Origin: a virus | Lineage: Duplodnaviria; Caudoviricetes | Length of the DNA stretch: 57,720 nucleotides | Reading direction: 5' to 3' (one strand) | Virus record (IMG/VR): IMGVR_UViG_3300009181_000083 | Span: 1 to 57,720 of that record | Part shown: one piece after another, positions 1 through 8,675 of the stretch | Position numbering within the stretch: position 1 is the stretch's first letter | Layout: each line of letters begins with the position of its first letter | The notes under the pieces: model-generated | Databases searched by the model: none | What the model saw: only the letters and a program-made list of their open reading frames with translations | What the model was told of the DNA's origin: nothing | Made by a program: the position numbers and the translations under genes

Positions 1-289
1 CGAAAAGTCTGGGAGAGAAGTCCGGTATCCGATTAAATACAGCCGGACTAGCGGAACCAGTGTTTGGATAGAATACGAAATCGTCGATCAGCTTCTAGCT
101 TGGGAATTTGCTCACGCTAAGGGGGCGTGGATTACAATTACCGACGAGATTGTTAAAGAGCTTGCTGACAATGGGTTAGAACTTCCAAAGCAGCATAATG
201 GAGAAACTCACCTTAAGAATTTCTTAGAAGAAAACCCTAAAATTACCCAGTATCTATTTAACAAATTCATTAGCGTCTTAAAAAGATGA
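1..289 (+). CDS. recA: RecA-like recombinase, C-terminal part (5' truncated by the window)
   Basis: Not in the ORF track. The frame from nt 2 reads EKSGREVRYPIKYSRTSGTSVWIEYEIVDQLLAWEFAHAKGAWITI...HNGETHLKNFLEENPKITQYLFNKFISVLKR*, resembling the RecA C-terminal domain (KxGAW; G...FLxENP). Its TGA overlaps the next ATG (ATGA 286-289). Confidence 0.75.
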   Translation, partial: EKSGREVRYPIKYSRTSGTSVWIEYEIVDQLLAWEFAHAKGAWITITDEIVKELADNGLELPKQHNGETHLKNFLEENPKITQYLFNKFISVLKR

Positions 290-702
290 AATTGCTAAAT
301 ATTTATGGAAAGACCGTAAGTAAAAATGTTTCTAATTATTTGATAAAATGGGACAGCCCGTCTAGGTCAAAGATTCAATTTCAAATAAAACAATTCTTAA
401 AACAATATTGGAAAAATCATATTGTCTACGAAGAGTTCCCCGTGTTCGGATCAAGAATGAAAGTTGACATTTTAGACTTTACGAGCAAGGTTGCCGTAGA
501 AGTTAACGGATCTCAACATTCAAAATTTAATAAGTTTTTTCACGGAGAGTCTAGGCTCAATTACTTGCGGTCTATCAAGAGAGACGTCGCTAAAGAAGCT
601 TGGCTTACTTTAAATCAATTTACTTTAGTTGAAATTTACGATCACGAAGTTAAGTCCATAAGCCCTGAGTTTTTTAAAGATAAATATAACATCACCCTTT
701 AA
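286..702 (+). CDS. DUF559/Vsr-like PD-(D/E)XK endonuclease
   Basis: Motifs EEFPV..VDIL..VAVEVNGSQH..FFH..KRDVAKEAW..LVEI. Confidence 0.75.
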   Translation: MKLLNIYGKTVSKNVSNYLIKWDSPSRSKIQFQIKQFLKQYWKNHIVYEEFPVFGSRMKVDILDFTSKVAVEVNGSQHSKFNKFFHGESRLNYLRSIKRDVAKEAWLTLNQFTLVEIYDHEVKSISPEFFKDKYNITL

Positions 703-705
703 GCA

Positions 706-2193
706 ATGTCAATCTACTCGCTCCAAATAGAAAAGTATGTCCTCTCTGGACTGATCAAACATCCAGATGCTTTTTCAGATATTGAAAGTTTTATCAATGA
801 GAATGATTTTGTTAATGAAGTTCATTATACTATTTTTTGCGTTTTTAAAGAGACGTTTAATAAGGGAGAATCAGTAGATAAAATCCTTATAGCTCAAAAA
901 GCTAAAAACTTAGGAATTACTTTTAAAGATCAAGCTATTGATATTTTTAATTATGTTAATAGTATTTGTCTTATTCCCACTACAAGGCCTGGCTTAATAG
1001 AGGGGTCTAAGGAGTTATTAAAATTTAGGATTAGGAGAGAGATTGAAGAAACCGGAGAGTCGATTAAAAAGTTTGCTAATAATTGCGCCGACAAACCAAT
1101 TGAAGAAATCATCACTGAGTCTGATAAGATATATAATAATAAAATTTGCGCATACACTAGCGCCAATAACAAGCCGGAAGACATCACCTCCAACGTCATC
1201 GAGATAATCGAAGAACGGGGAAACAATCCGATCTTAGAAACTGGATTAATTACCCCTCACCCCAACTTTAATAGGTTTTATGGCGGAATCAGGCCCGGAA
1301 ACATTTACGCTTTTGTCAGTCGGCCAAAACATGGAAAAACGACTATTCTCAATGATCTAGCTATTAAGGTAACAAGTTTAAACAAAGGATGTAGGGCTTT
1401 AGTTTTAGACACAGAAATGACCACTTTAGATATGAAGTTTAGGATAGCTTCGTCTCTAACGGGGATTTCAGTTTGGCATCTAGAGACAGGTAACTGGAAA
1501 AAGAGTAATGAGCTATATAAGAAATTTCAAGAAAAGAAATCAGACATCTTAAAAATTCAAAATCAAGTTGATCATTTACAAGTGTCTGGAAAGCCAATCG
1601 AGGAAGTTGTCTCCATTGTTAAGAGGTGGTATTTTTCTAAAGTCGGAAGAGGTAATCCTTGTGTCATTGTTTATGATTACATTAAATTAACCGGAGAGAT
1701 GTCGGGCAATAAAAAAGAATATGAATTAATTGGCGAAAAAGTGAATGCTTTAAAAGAGCTTTCTTTGGAGTTGGATATCCCTATCCTGACCGCTTGCCAA
1801 TTAAACAGAAGTGCAGAAAATGGAGTTGACGACAGTAGCGCAATCTCTCAATCGGACAGATTGCAATGGTTCGCTTCTTTCGTAGGCATCTTCAGAAGGA
1901 AGACCGCTGAGGAAATGGCTTTAGATGGGGAAGAGTTCGGCTCGCACAAGCTGATTCCTTTAGCAACTCGGTTTCAGGGTCAGGACGCTCAGGGGCATCA
2001 CGATTTGGTTAGAATTAAAGAAGGCCGATCTGTCAAATACGTTCCCAACTTCATTAGCTTTAACATCTCTAACTTTAACGTAGAAGAACGTGGAACGCTG
2101 TCTGAAATCGCACAAGCTAGAGCTTTAAGACCCGAGCTGGACGATTCGGGCGATGACGAAAAAGAAAAGTCGGGCGACGGGAGCATTTTATGA
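706..2193 (+). CDS. dnaB: DnaB-like replicative helicase
   Basis: Walker A SRPKHGKT, DTEM, IVYDYIKL, CQLNR, DnaB-like N-terminal domain and acidic C-tail. Confidence 0.93.
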   Translation: MSIYSLQIEKYVLSGLIKHPDAFSDIESFINENDFVNEVHYTIFCVFKETFNKGESVDKILIAQKAKNLGITFKDQAIDIFNYVNSICLIPTTRPGLIEGSKELLKFRIRREIEETGESIKKFANNCADKPIEEIITESDKIYNNKICAYTSANNKPEDITSNVIEIIEERGNNPILETGLITPHPNFNRFYGGIRPGNIYAFVSRPKHGKTTILNDLAIKVTSLNKGCRALVLDTEMTTLDMKFRIASSLTGISVWHLETGNWKKSNELYKKFQEKKSDILKIQNQVDHLQVSGKPIEEVVSIVKRWYFSKVGRGNPCVIVYDYIKLTGEMSGNKKEYELIGEKVNALKELSLELDIPILTACQLNRSAENGVDDSSAISQSDRLQWFASFVGIFRRKTAEEMALDGEEFGSHKLIPLATRFQGQDAQGHHDLVRIKEGRSVKYVPNFISFNISNFNVEERGTLSEIAQARALRPELDDSGDDEKEKSGDGSIL

Positions 2194-3128
2194 TGGACTG
2201 CGAGTCGGTCAAGATGATTCTCCAGGACATCGGATACGTTCTCTCCGATAACGGGAAAGAATTCCGAGCTAAGCCTTTATATCGAGATTCAGACAGTAAT
2301 ACTTGTTTGAGAATATGGAAAGACTCAGGAAGATGGGTTGACTTCAAGGAGAATATAAGCGGATCCTTGGAAGAGCTGGTTAAGTTAACGTTAAAGTTAA
2401 AAAGCGTCGGGGAAGCTAAAGATTGGGTAAGAAGCAAAGGCGTAGATTATTCTGCTTTAGAAGTAGAAAAACCCAAAGCCTTAACAAAACAAGTGAAAAT
2501 TTTTGATAAGTCCTTGCTAATCAAGCTGTTAAGAGACCATTCCTACTGGGCCTCTAGGGGCGTATCAGACTCTACAGTTACACCTTTTCAAGGGGGGTTG
2601 GCAAGAAGCGGCAAGATGTTTAATAGATACACATTCCCCATCTTCGACAATAAAGACGACATCATCGGATTCGCAGGAAGAGACGTTACGAACTCGGACA
2701 ACGAGCTTCGACCTAAATGGAAACTTATTGGCGACAAAAGTGAATGGGTTTATCCCCTTAAAGTAAATTTAAAAGATTTAAAAGAGCAAAAATCCGTAAT
2801 CTTAGTTGAGAGTATTGGAGATATGCTTGCTCTAAGAGAGAACGGCATTAGAAATTCTATAGTAACTTTTGGATTAAATGTATCATCTAAAATTATATAT
2901 AGCTTAATAGCTTTAAATCCCGAGAAAATAATAATAGCATTTAACAATGATTCAAACAATAATAACGCAGGGAATAAAGCTGCTGTAGCGGCAAAAGACA
3001 AATTACTAAATTATTTTGACTATAGCCAAATCCTAATCAGGCTCCCCGTTGACGATAACGATTTTGGAGACCTAAATCAAACAAACAAATTAAAAATTTC
3101 AGAATGGCTAAAGACAACAAACCTGTAA
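2190..3128 (+). CDS. dnaG: DnaG-type (Toprim) DNA primase
   Basis: RYTFPI..IIGFAGR..PKW; Toprim LVESIGD, IIIAFNND and DFGDL; directly follows the helicase with an ATGA overlap. Confidence 0.88.
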   Translation: MMDCESVKMILQDIGYVLSDNGKEFRAKPLYRDSDSNTCLRIWKDSGRWVDFKENISGSLEELVKLTLKLKSVGEAKDWVRSKGVDYSALEVEKPKALTKQVKIFDKSLLIKLLRDHSYWASRGVSDSTVTPFQGGLARSGKMFNRYTFPIFDNKDDIIGFAGRDVTNSDNELRPKWKLIGDKSEWVYPLKVNLKDLKEQKSVILVESIGDMLALRENGIRNSIVTFGLNVSSKIIYSLIALNPEKIIIAFNNDSNNNNAGNKAAVAAKDKLLNYFDYSQILIRLPVDDNDFGDLNQTNKLKISEWLKTTNL

Positions 3129-4069
3129 AAAAAGAAAAAGTAAAATTAAGTGCCAGCAAAATCAAAACAGTGGAAAGTTGCAGTTGGCTTTACTATTCTA
3201 AATACGTTTTAAAATATCCAGACATAAGTAATTCAGGAGCTTCGAGGGGGACTTGTGTTCATTTAATTTTTGAGCTGCTGCTTAGAGATCGGCACAAAAA
3301 GTATTTTGATAAGCTGTGCGAGGGCAAGCCTGGTATTCTAAAATGCCCAGCCGTTCACCGACTCATCTTAAAAACCGCTAAGAAGTTAAAAGTAGATGAC
3401 GAAGAAAATCTTGAGCTTATTTACTCAATGATTCAAACAGGTTTACAAAATGACTTTTTTTGCCTAGGGTGTATTAAAGTAGAACCAGAAAAAGAATTTC
3501 TCATTGAAGAAGAGGGTTATATTATTAATGGTTTTATTGATAAGCTAGCTCAGTTTGACGACGAGAGCTTTAAGATATACGATTACAAATCAAGCAAAGG
3601 AAAGTTTTCTAAAGAAGAGCTAGATTTTAATTTGCAAAATTTAATGTATTCTCTTGCTGTTTTTAAGGAAAAGGGTCATATTCCTGATGTTTCATTTATC
3701 TTTGTTAAATTCAGGAAGCAGCCAATCCAAGAAGCTCCGAAGCCAACAAAGGAACAATTAGACGGATTTCAAACCTACCTAGCTTACATTGCTGGATATA
3801 TATCTTCCTTTAGCGATAAAGATGCTTTGTCTAATTTAGCTGCGAATTCAATGAAGAAGAAATGGATGTGCGGCAGCGATAAGGAAGGTAAGTGGATATG
3901 CCCATCTAGATTGTCAAAAACTTACTATACGGGGGTTGACAAAAATAACAAATTTATCAAATCAGCATTTAATAGGGACGATCTAGTCAACATTCCATCG
4001 GTTGAGACGATTAATGAAATCGAATACAATGGGTGTCCATATTGGCGGACAACTGATTTCGGATTTTAG
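3104..4069 (+). CDS. Cas4/AddB-like PD-(D/E)XK exonuclease, probable Fe-S cluster
   Basis: LSASKI..C, RGT..H, GFIDKL, IYDYKS, Q..MY, and three C-terminal Cys (WMCG, ICPS, GCPYW). Confidence 0.85.
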   Translation: MAKDNKPVKKEKVKLSASKIKTVESCSWLYYSKYVLKYPDISNSGASRGTCVHLIFELLLRDRHKKYFDKLCEGKPGILKCPAVHRLILKTAKKLKVDDEENLELIYSMIQTGLQNDFFCLGCIKVEPEKEFLIEEEGYIINGFIDKLAQFDDESFKIYDYKSSKGKFSKEELDFNLQNLMYSLAVFKEKGHIPDVSFIFVKFRKQPIQEAPKPTKEQLDGFQTYLAYIAGYISSFSDKDALSNLAANSMKKKWMCGSDKEGKWICPSRLSKTYYTGVDKNNKFIKSAFNRDDLVNIPSVETINEIEYNGCPYWRTTDFGF

Positions 4070-4098
4070 TTGACATTTGCAGCTAGCCAGTTCATGAT
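4070..4098 (+). promoter_or_regulatory. sigma70-like promoter upstream of the PHP gene
   Basis: TTGACA (4070-4075), 17-nt spacer, CATGAT (4093-4098); the ATG follows 5 nt later at 4104. Confidence 0.55.
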
Positions 4099-4103
4099 TT
4101 CGT

Positions 4104-4865
4104 ATGTATTCGGCTGAGCCGCTTTTTAAATCTCATTACAGTCTCGGTAAATCCGTCCTGACTTTGTCTAAGGCTGGAGAATCCGAGCCGGATGAGCCAA
4201 GTTCTGTTTTCGATATAGCGACAAAGCTTTCTCTAAACAAAGTCACACTCGTTGAAGATTCCATTTCAGGCTTCCTCGAAGCCTACAAGTCAAGCGAAGC
4301 GGCTAAGATGTCTTTAAGATTCGGGTTAAGACTTACGGTTTGTGATTCTATAGACAATAAAACCGCTGAATCTCGAGTGAGAGAGCATAAGATCGTTATC
4401 TTTATTAAGAATACGGACGGATATACAGATCTTATCAAAATTTCTACCGCTGCTTGCTCGCAAGGTTTCTACTACTACCCAAGGGTAGACTCCAAAGTGC
4501 TCAAAGACCTGTGGAATAACAAAAATTTACTGCTTGCTATTCCGTTTTACGATTCTTATATTTTTAAGAATAATCTAACTTACGGAGTTTGCGTTCCCGA
4601 CTTCAGCTTCTGCGATCCCATTTTTCTTTCTGAAGATAATAATTTGCCATTTGATTCTATTTTGAATCGCCGAATTAAAGAGTCTGCCGGATCGAATTCT
4701 AAAATTGTAAAGACTCAATCAATCTATTACGAAAATAAGGCTGACTTTGTAGCCTATCTCACTTTCAGGTGCATTTCCCAAAGGACGACTTTAAACAAAC
4801 CCAACTTAGATCACTGCTCTTCAAACGAATTTTGCGCTGAATCATTTAAGGAAAAATATGTCTGA
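4104..4865 (+). CDS. Stand-alone PHP domain of DNA polymerase III alpha with degenerate metal ligands
   Basis: FKSHYSLGKS (cf. HxHSxYSLLDG), FGLRL, IKNTDGYTDLIKIST, GFYYYPRVD match the DnaE N-terminal PHP domain. Confidence 0.85.
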   Translation: MYSAEPLFKSHYSLGKSVLTLSKAGESEPDEPSSVFDIATKLSLNKVTLVEDSISGFLEAYKSSEAAKMSLRFGLRLTVCDSIDNKTAESRVREHKIVIFIKNTDGYTDLIKISTAACSQGFYYYPRVDSKVLKDLWNNKNLLLAIPFYDSYIFKNNLTYGVCVPDFSFCDPIFLSEDNNLPFDSILNRRIKESAGSNSKIVKTQSIYYENKADFVAYLTFRCISQRTTLNKPNLDHCSSNEFCAESFKEKYV

Positions 4866-5496
4866 AGAATTAATGAGGTTTGATAAAACCAAAAGTCTTG
4901 TCTTTATCGATTGCGAAACTCTAAATCTATGTTTGAATTTTTGCCAGAACCTTCCTTGGCAAGTCGCAATGATTAAAACAGTAGGAGGACGTAAGACTGA
5001 CGAAAGAGACTTCCTCATAAAATGGGACACCGAGCTGAAGATATCTGAAGAAGCAAAGCGAATTACAAACTATCCAGAAGCAAAAATTCTAAGTCATGGC
5101 AAGAAATTCGAAGACGTCTTCCCTGAGATTGAAAACTGGCTCGAATCCAGCGACTATATCCTTGGGCATAATACTCTTCAGTTTGATATTTATTTAATTA
5201 AAGAAATGTATGCCCTGAAAGGCAAAAGGATGAATCACTTGGTTCATAAATTCATAGACACGAATTGCTTAGCTAAAGGCCTTAAATATGGTATTCAGAA
5301 AATGGAGAATGAACCATTAATAGAATATCAATATAAATTATCACACACCCGCAGGAAAGGCATTAAAACAAATTTACAAGCCCTAGGCAAAGATTATAGC
5401 ATAGAACATGATTACGACAACTTGCATAATGCAATTGTTGATTTAGAGTTAAACCTTAAAGTGTGGAATAAGATTAAATTCCAAATAGATATATGA
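4858..5496 (+). CDS. DEDDh 3'-5' exonuclease (DnaQ/epsilon-like)
   Basis: ExoI FIDCET, ExoII GHNTLQFD, IDT, ExoIII HNAIVD. Confidence 0.88.
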   Translation: MSEELMRFDKTKSLVFIDCETLNLCLNFCQNLPWQVAMIKTVGGRKTDERDFLIKWDTELKISEEAKRITNYPEAKILSHGKKFEDVFPEIENWLESSDYILGHNTLQFDIYLIKEMYALKGKRMNHLVHKFIDTNCLAKGLKYGIQKMENEPLIEYQYKLSHTRRKGIKTNLQALGKDYSIEHDYDNLHNAIVDLELNLKVWNKIKFQIDI

Positions 5497-8063
5497 GTGA
5501 TTTTGATTCCTTTTTTGAAGACTTAAAAATTCCCCTTCACGGAGTAAGGCTTCCCGAATTCAGCATCGAGAGCCGATTGAAGAAGAAATACGATTTACCA
5601 GACTCTGCAACAAATTATGATTTTTTGATTCAAGTTTGCAGAACTAATTTTAAGAAATTAAAAATACCACAAGAAGAACGCGGCAAATACACAACAAGAA
5701 TAAAATACGAACTAGATGCGGTAAAAGATTTAGGATTTCTTGATTATATTCTTTTAGTTTGGACTGTTATTAATTTTTGCGAAGAGAACTCTATTCCAGT
5801 TGGGCCAGGAAGGGGATCTGCGGCGGGCAGCTTGATTCTTTATTTGCTTCGAGTCACAAGAGTAGATCCTATTAAATATGATTTATTTTTTGAACGTTTT
5901 ATTTCTAAAATCCGAGCCAAAAAGCAAATAGTAGATGGGATTACTTATTTAGATGGATCTTTGATGTGCGACGTTGACATCGACATCTGCTACTATAATC
6001 GGCAAAGGGTTATTAAATTCTTAGACGAGTCCTTCCTTGGAAAGACTTCTAAGATATTAACTCTGACGACTTTGAGCGGAAAAATCCTCATAAAAGAGTG
6101 TGGTAAGATTATCGACGAGAGGCCGGAGTCTGAGATGAACGAGATTACTTCTTTAATTCCAAAGACTTTCGGGCAGATTAAAGACCTGAAAGAGACGTAT
6201 GTTGAAGTAGCTGATTTCCAAAGATGGTGCGATAAGAATCCAAGGTCTTACCAAACAGCTTTGAAGCTGAGGGGTCTAATCAAGAATAAGAGCGTTCATC
6301 CTTCCGGAATGATGCTTTCATACCTCCCGATTGAACAAGGCTGTCCTACCGAACTTACCACCGACAAAGAACAGGTCTCTAGTTACGACATGAACTGGGT
6401 TTCGATCTCAAACGTTAAACTCGACCTTCTCGGGCTGAGGAGCGTTTCTATCGTTCACAGAGTTTGTTCGCTTGTCGGCATTAAAGTCGAAGACATAGAC
6501 TTTACCGACCCGATGATTTACCAGCAGTTGCAAGACCTTAAAACTCCGCACGGAATATTCCAAATTGAAGCTGATACCAACTTTAAAGTTTGTAAGAAGG
6601 TTAAACCTAAAAACCTAGATGAATTAAGTGGCGTTTTAGCTTTAGCTAGACCCGGAGCTTTAGAGTTCGTAGATCAATATGCTAATTTTACAACGACTGG
6701 CACCCGTGATAGCGTCCACCCTTTCTTCGACGACATCGTCGGAAACACTGGGGGTGTGTGTTTGTATCAGGAAACGTTGATGCAAATGGCTCACAAAATA
6801 GGTTTTACCCTTGACGAAGCAGAGGTGCTACGCCGAATTGTCGGGAAAAAGAAAGTCGAAGAAGTCAAAGTTTGGAAAGAGAAAATCGCAGAGAAGATTA
6901 AAGAAAATAAATTAAATCCTGAAATAGGCGACGTATTGTGGAGGATCCTTGAGAACTCAGCAAATTATTCGTTTAATAAATCACATTCCGTTAGTTATGC
7001 GGCTTTAGCGGCTTGCACTATTTATCTTAAATTTAAATACCCAAAGCAGTTTTTCTTAGCTTTGTTGGAAATGACTAGGCACGAACCAGCGCCATTAGTA
7101 GAGGTCTCTAAAATTCAAAAAGAACTAAGACATTTTGGAATAACCCTTCTCGGACCTCATATCTTAAAATCAGATACAGATTTTTCAATTCAAGGGAATG
7201 ACATTAGGTTTGGGCTGTCTTCAATCAAAGGCATCTCAGAAAAAACGATGGAAAAGTTAAAGAACTTTAAGACGGAGAACTCGGATAAGTTCGAAGTCTT
7301 TGAAGCGGCAAAGCAGGCTGGGATTTCTATCGGAGTCTTGTCTGCGCTAATCCAAGCCGGAGCTTTAGACGGATTCTCCGACTCTAGAAGCCGAGTCGTC
7401 TTAGAGGCTCAACTCTGGAATGTCTTAACAGTAAAAGAGAAAATCCTAAGCAAGCAATACGCCTCAGAATGTGAACTTGATTTACTCAGAACAGTAAAAA
7501 AGCTCTCGGTAACTAAAAATGAAAATGAAAAGTTATTAATAAAAGCTTCAAGATTAGACACTATAAGAAGAAATTACGATCCATATTTAAAAATCTATCA
7601 ACAGAACAATAAATCAGAAAGCTTTGCCAACTGGTATTATGAGAATCAATTACTAGGATACACTTACAATAAATCCTTAAAAGATATATTTATTTCTAAA
7701 ATTCCTAATTTGCAATCCCTAATCGAAGTAGGTAATTTGCGCGAAGGCTCGTCTGTTTACATTATCGGAAGAGTTCAAGAAGCTTCAGAGTGGGTGTCTA
7801 GGAACGCAAAGAAAACAAGAACCTTTAAAATGATTGTATCTGACGAATTCGGAACCATCCCAGTTTTGTCTTTCAACGATAGAATAGATGAGAATAAAGA
7901 TTTAAATAACGGAACTCTCCCTCAAGAAGGTGACATCGTCATAGTCAAAGGAACAAAGAAAACGGATTGTCTGTTCGCAGAAACCATAGCTACTCAAACC
8001 CTTAAAATTTACACGAAACTATCAGACTTGAAAGAAAAAAATGTTGACAATGACCCGATTTAG
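5493..8063 (+). CDS. dnaE: DNA polymerase III alpha catalytic core (family C), lacking the PHP domain
   Basis: GPGRGSAAGS, FFERF, DVDID, KLDLLGL, GIFQIE, RPG, LYQE, YSFNKSHS, HhH IRFGLSSIKGI and a C-terminal OB fold. Confidence 0.95.
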   Translation: MSDFDSFFEDLKIPLHGVRLPEFSIESRLKKKYDLPDSATNYDFLIQVCRTNFKKLKIPQEERGKYTTRIKYELDAVKDLGFLDYILLVWTVINFCEENSIPVGPGRGSAAGSLILYLLRVTRVDPIKYDLFFERFISKIRAKKQIVDGITYLDGSLMCDVDIDICYYNRQRVIKFLDESFLGKTSKILTLTTLSGKILIKECGKIIDERPESEMNEITSLIPKTFGQIKDLKETYVEVADFQRWCDKNPRSYQTALKLRGLIKNKSVHPSGMMLSYLPIEQGCPTELTTDKEQVSSYDMNWVSISNVKLDLLGLRSVSIVHRVCSLVGIKVEDIDFTDPMIYQQLQDLKTPHGIFQIEADTNFKVCKKVKPKNLDELSGVLALARPGALEFVDQYANFTTTGTRDSVHPFFDDIVGNTGGVCLYQETLMQMAHKIGFTLDEAEVLRRIVGKKKVEEVKVWKEKIAEKIKENKLNPEIGDVLWRILENSANYSFNKSHSVSYAALAACTIYLKFKYPKQFFLALLEMTRHEPAPLVEVSKIQKELRHFGITLLGPHILKSDTDFSIQGNDIRFGLSSIKGISEKTMEKLKNFKTENSDKFEVFEAAKQAGISIGVLSALIQAGALDGFSDSRSRVVLEAQLWNVLTVKEKILSKQYASECELDLLRTVKKLSVTKNENEKLLIKASRLDTIRRNYDPYLKIYQQNNKSESFANWYYENQLLGYTYNKSLKDIFISKIPNLQSLIEVGNLREGSSVYIIGRVQEASEWVSRNAKKTRTFKMIVSDEFGTIPVLSFNDRIDENKDLNNGTLPQEGDIVIVKGTKKTDCLFAETIATQTLKIYTKLSDLKEKNVDNDPI

Positions 8064-8071
8064 ATCAAACT
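8044..8071 (+). promoter_or_regulatory. possible sigma70-like promoter for the SSB-like gene
   Basis: Perfect TTGACA at 8044-8049 within the dnaE 3' end; weak -10 CAAACT at a 16-nt spacing. Confidence 0.35.
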
Positions 8072-8081
8072 TTACATTAAT

Positions 8082-8675
8082 ATGATTCAATTTTACAAAG
8101 CAAATCCGAAAGTTACAGGTTCCGCATGTTCCTTTAAGCTCTCTCTAAAGGACGATTGTATTTATCTCAACTTTATTAAGCAAGCGACTTGGAACGACGA
8201 GAAGAAGACGGGAACCTTTTCTTCTCAATCGACAAATCCAAAAGCCGTTTGCTCAATGAAGATTAACGCGACTGAAGTTGGAGATCTGATTTCTGCAATG
8301 CGTCGCGACAGTGAACTGAACTGCTTTCATGAATCTCAAAAACAGATTACAAAGATGAAGTTCTCTCCTTACCTAAGGCCAAGTAAGGACGATCCAAATT
8401 CAAGAAGTCAAGTTGGATACTCCCTAGCTGTCAATAAGGAAAGCAAAGAAGACTCTCAAGATAAAGCTTCTTTTATCATGGGTTTCACTTTTGGCGAGGC
8501 TGTAAAGTTAGAATTTTTTCTCAAACTTTCTCTCACTAAAATTTTTGAAAAATCTATTCAAGATCAAGATAATAAGAGCGCTCAGGGATATTCCCAGCCT
8601 AATCAGAAGGTTACTCCTAAAAAGGAAACTCCTAAAGAGGCTGCTACTAGTCCTGACGACTCTGATCTATGGTAA
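8082..8675 (+). CDS. Putative single-stranded DNA-binding protein, Whirly/PC4-like fold
   Basis: Colinear resemblance to plant Whirly motifs (FYK..A.SF; INATEVGDLIS..CFHE; FTFGEAVKL), a disordered linker and an acidic-aromatic tail DDSDLW; adjacent to dnaE. Confidence 0.6.
   Translation: MIQFYKANPKVTGSACSFKLSLKDDCIYLNFIKQATWNDEKKTGTFSSQSTNPKAVCSMKINATEVGDLISAMRRDSELNCFHESQKQITKMKFSPYLRPSKDDPNSRSQVGYSLAVNKESKEDSQDKASFIMGFTFGEAVKLEFFLKLSLTKIFEKSIQDQDNKSAQGYSQPNQKVTPKKETPKEAATSPDDSDLW

Noticed and set aside
3104-4069. Cas4-like gene as part of a CRISPR-Cas system
   Set aside because: No array or other cas genes in the window; solo Cas4-like nucleases are common in phage replication modules
706-8063. 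Inteins or introns in dnaB/dnaE, or split-intein splicing of the Pol III parts
   Set aside because: Domain lengths are normal, and no intein terminal motifs or homing endonuclease are present at the junctions
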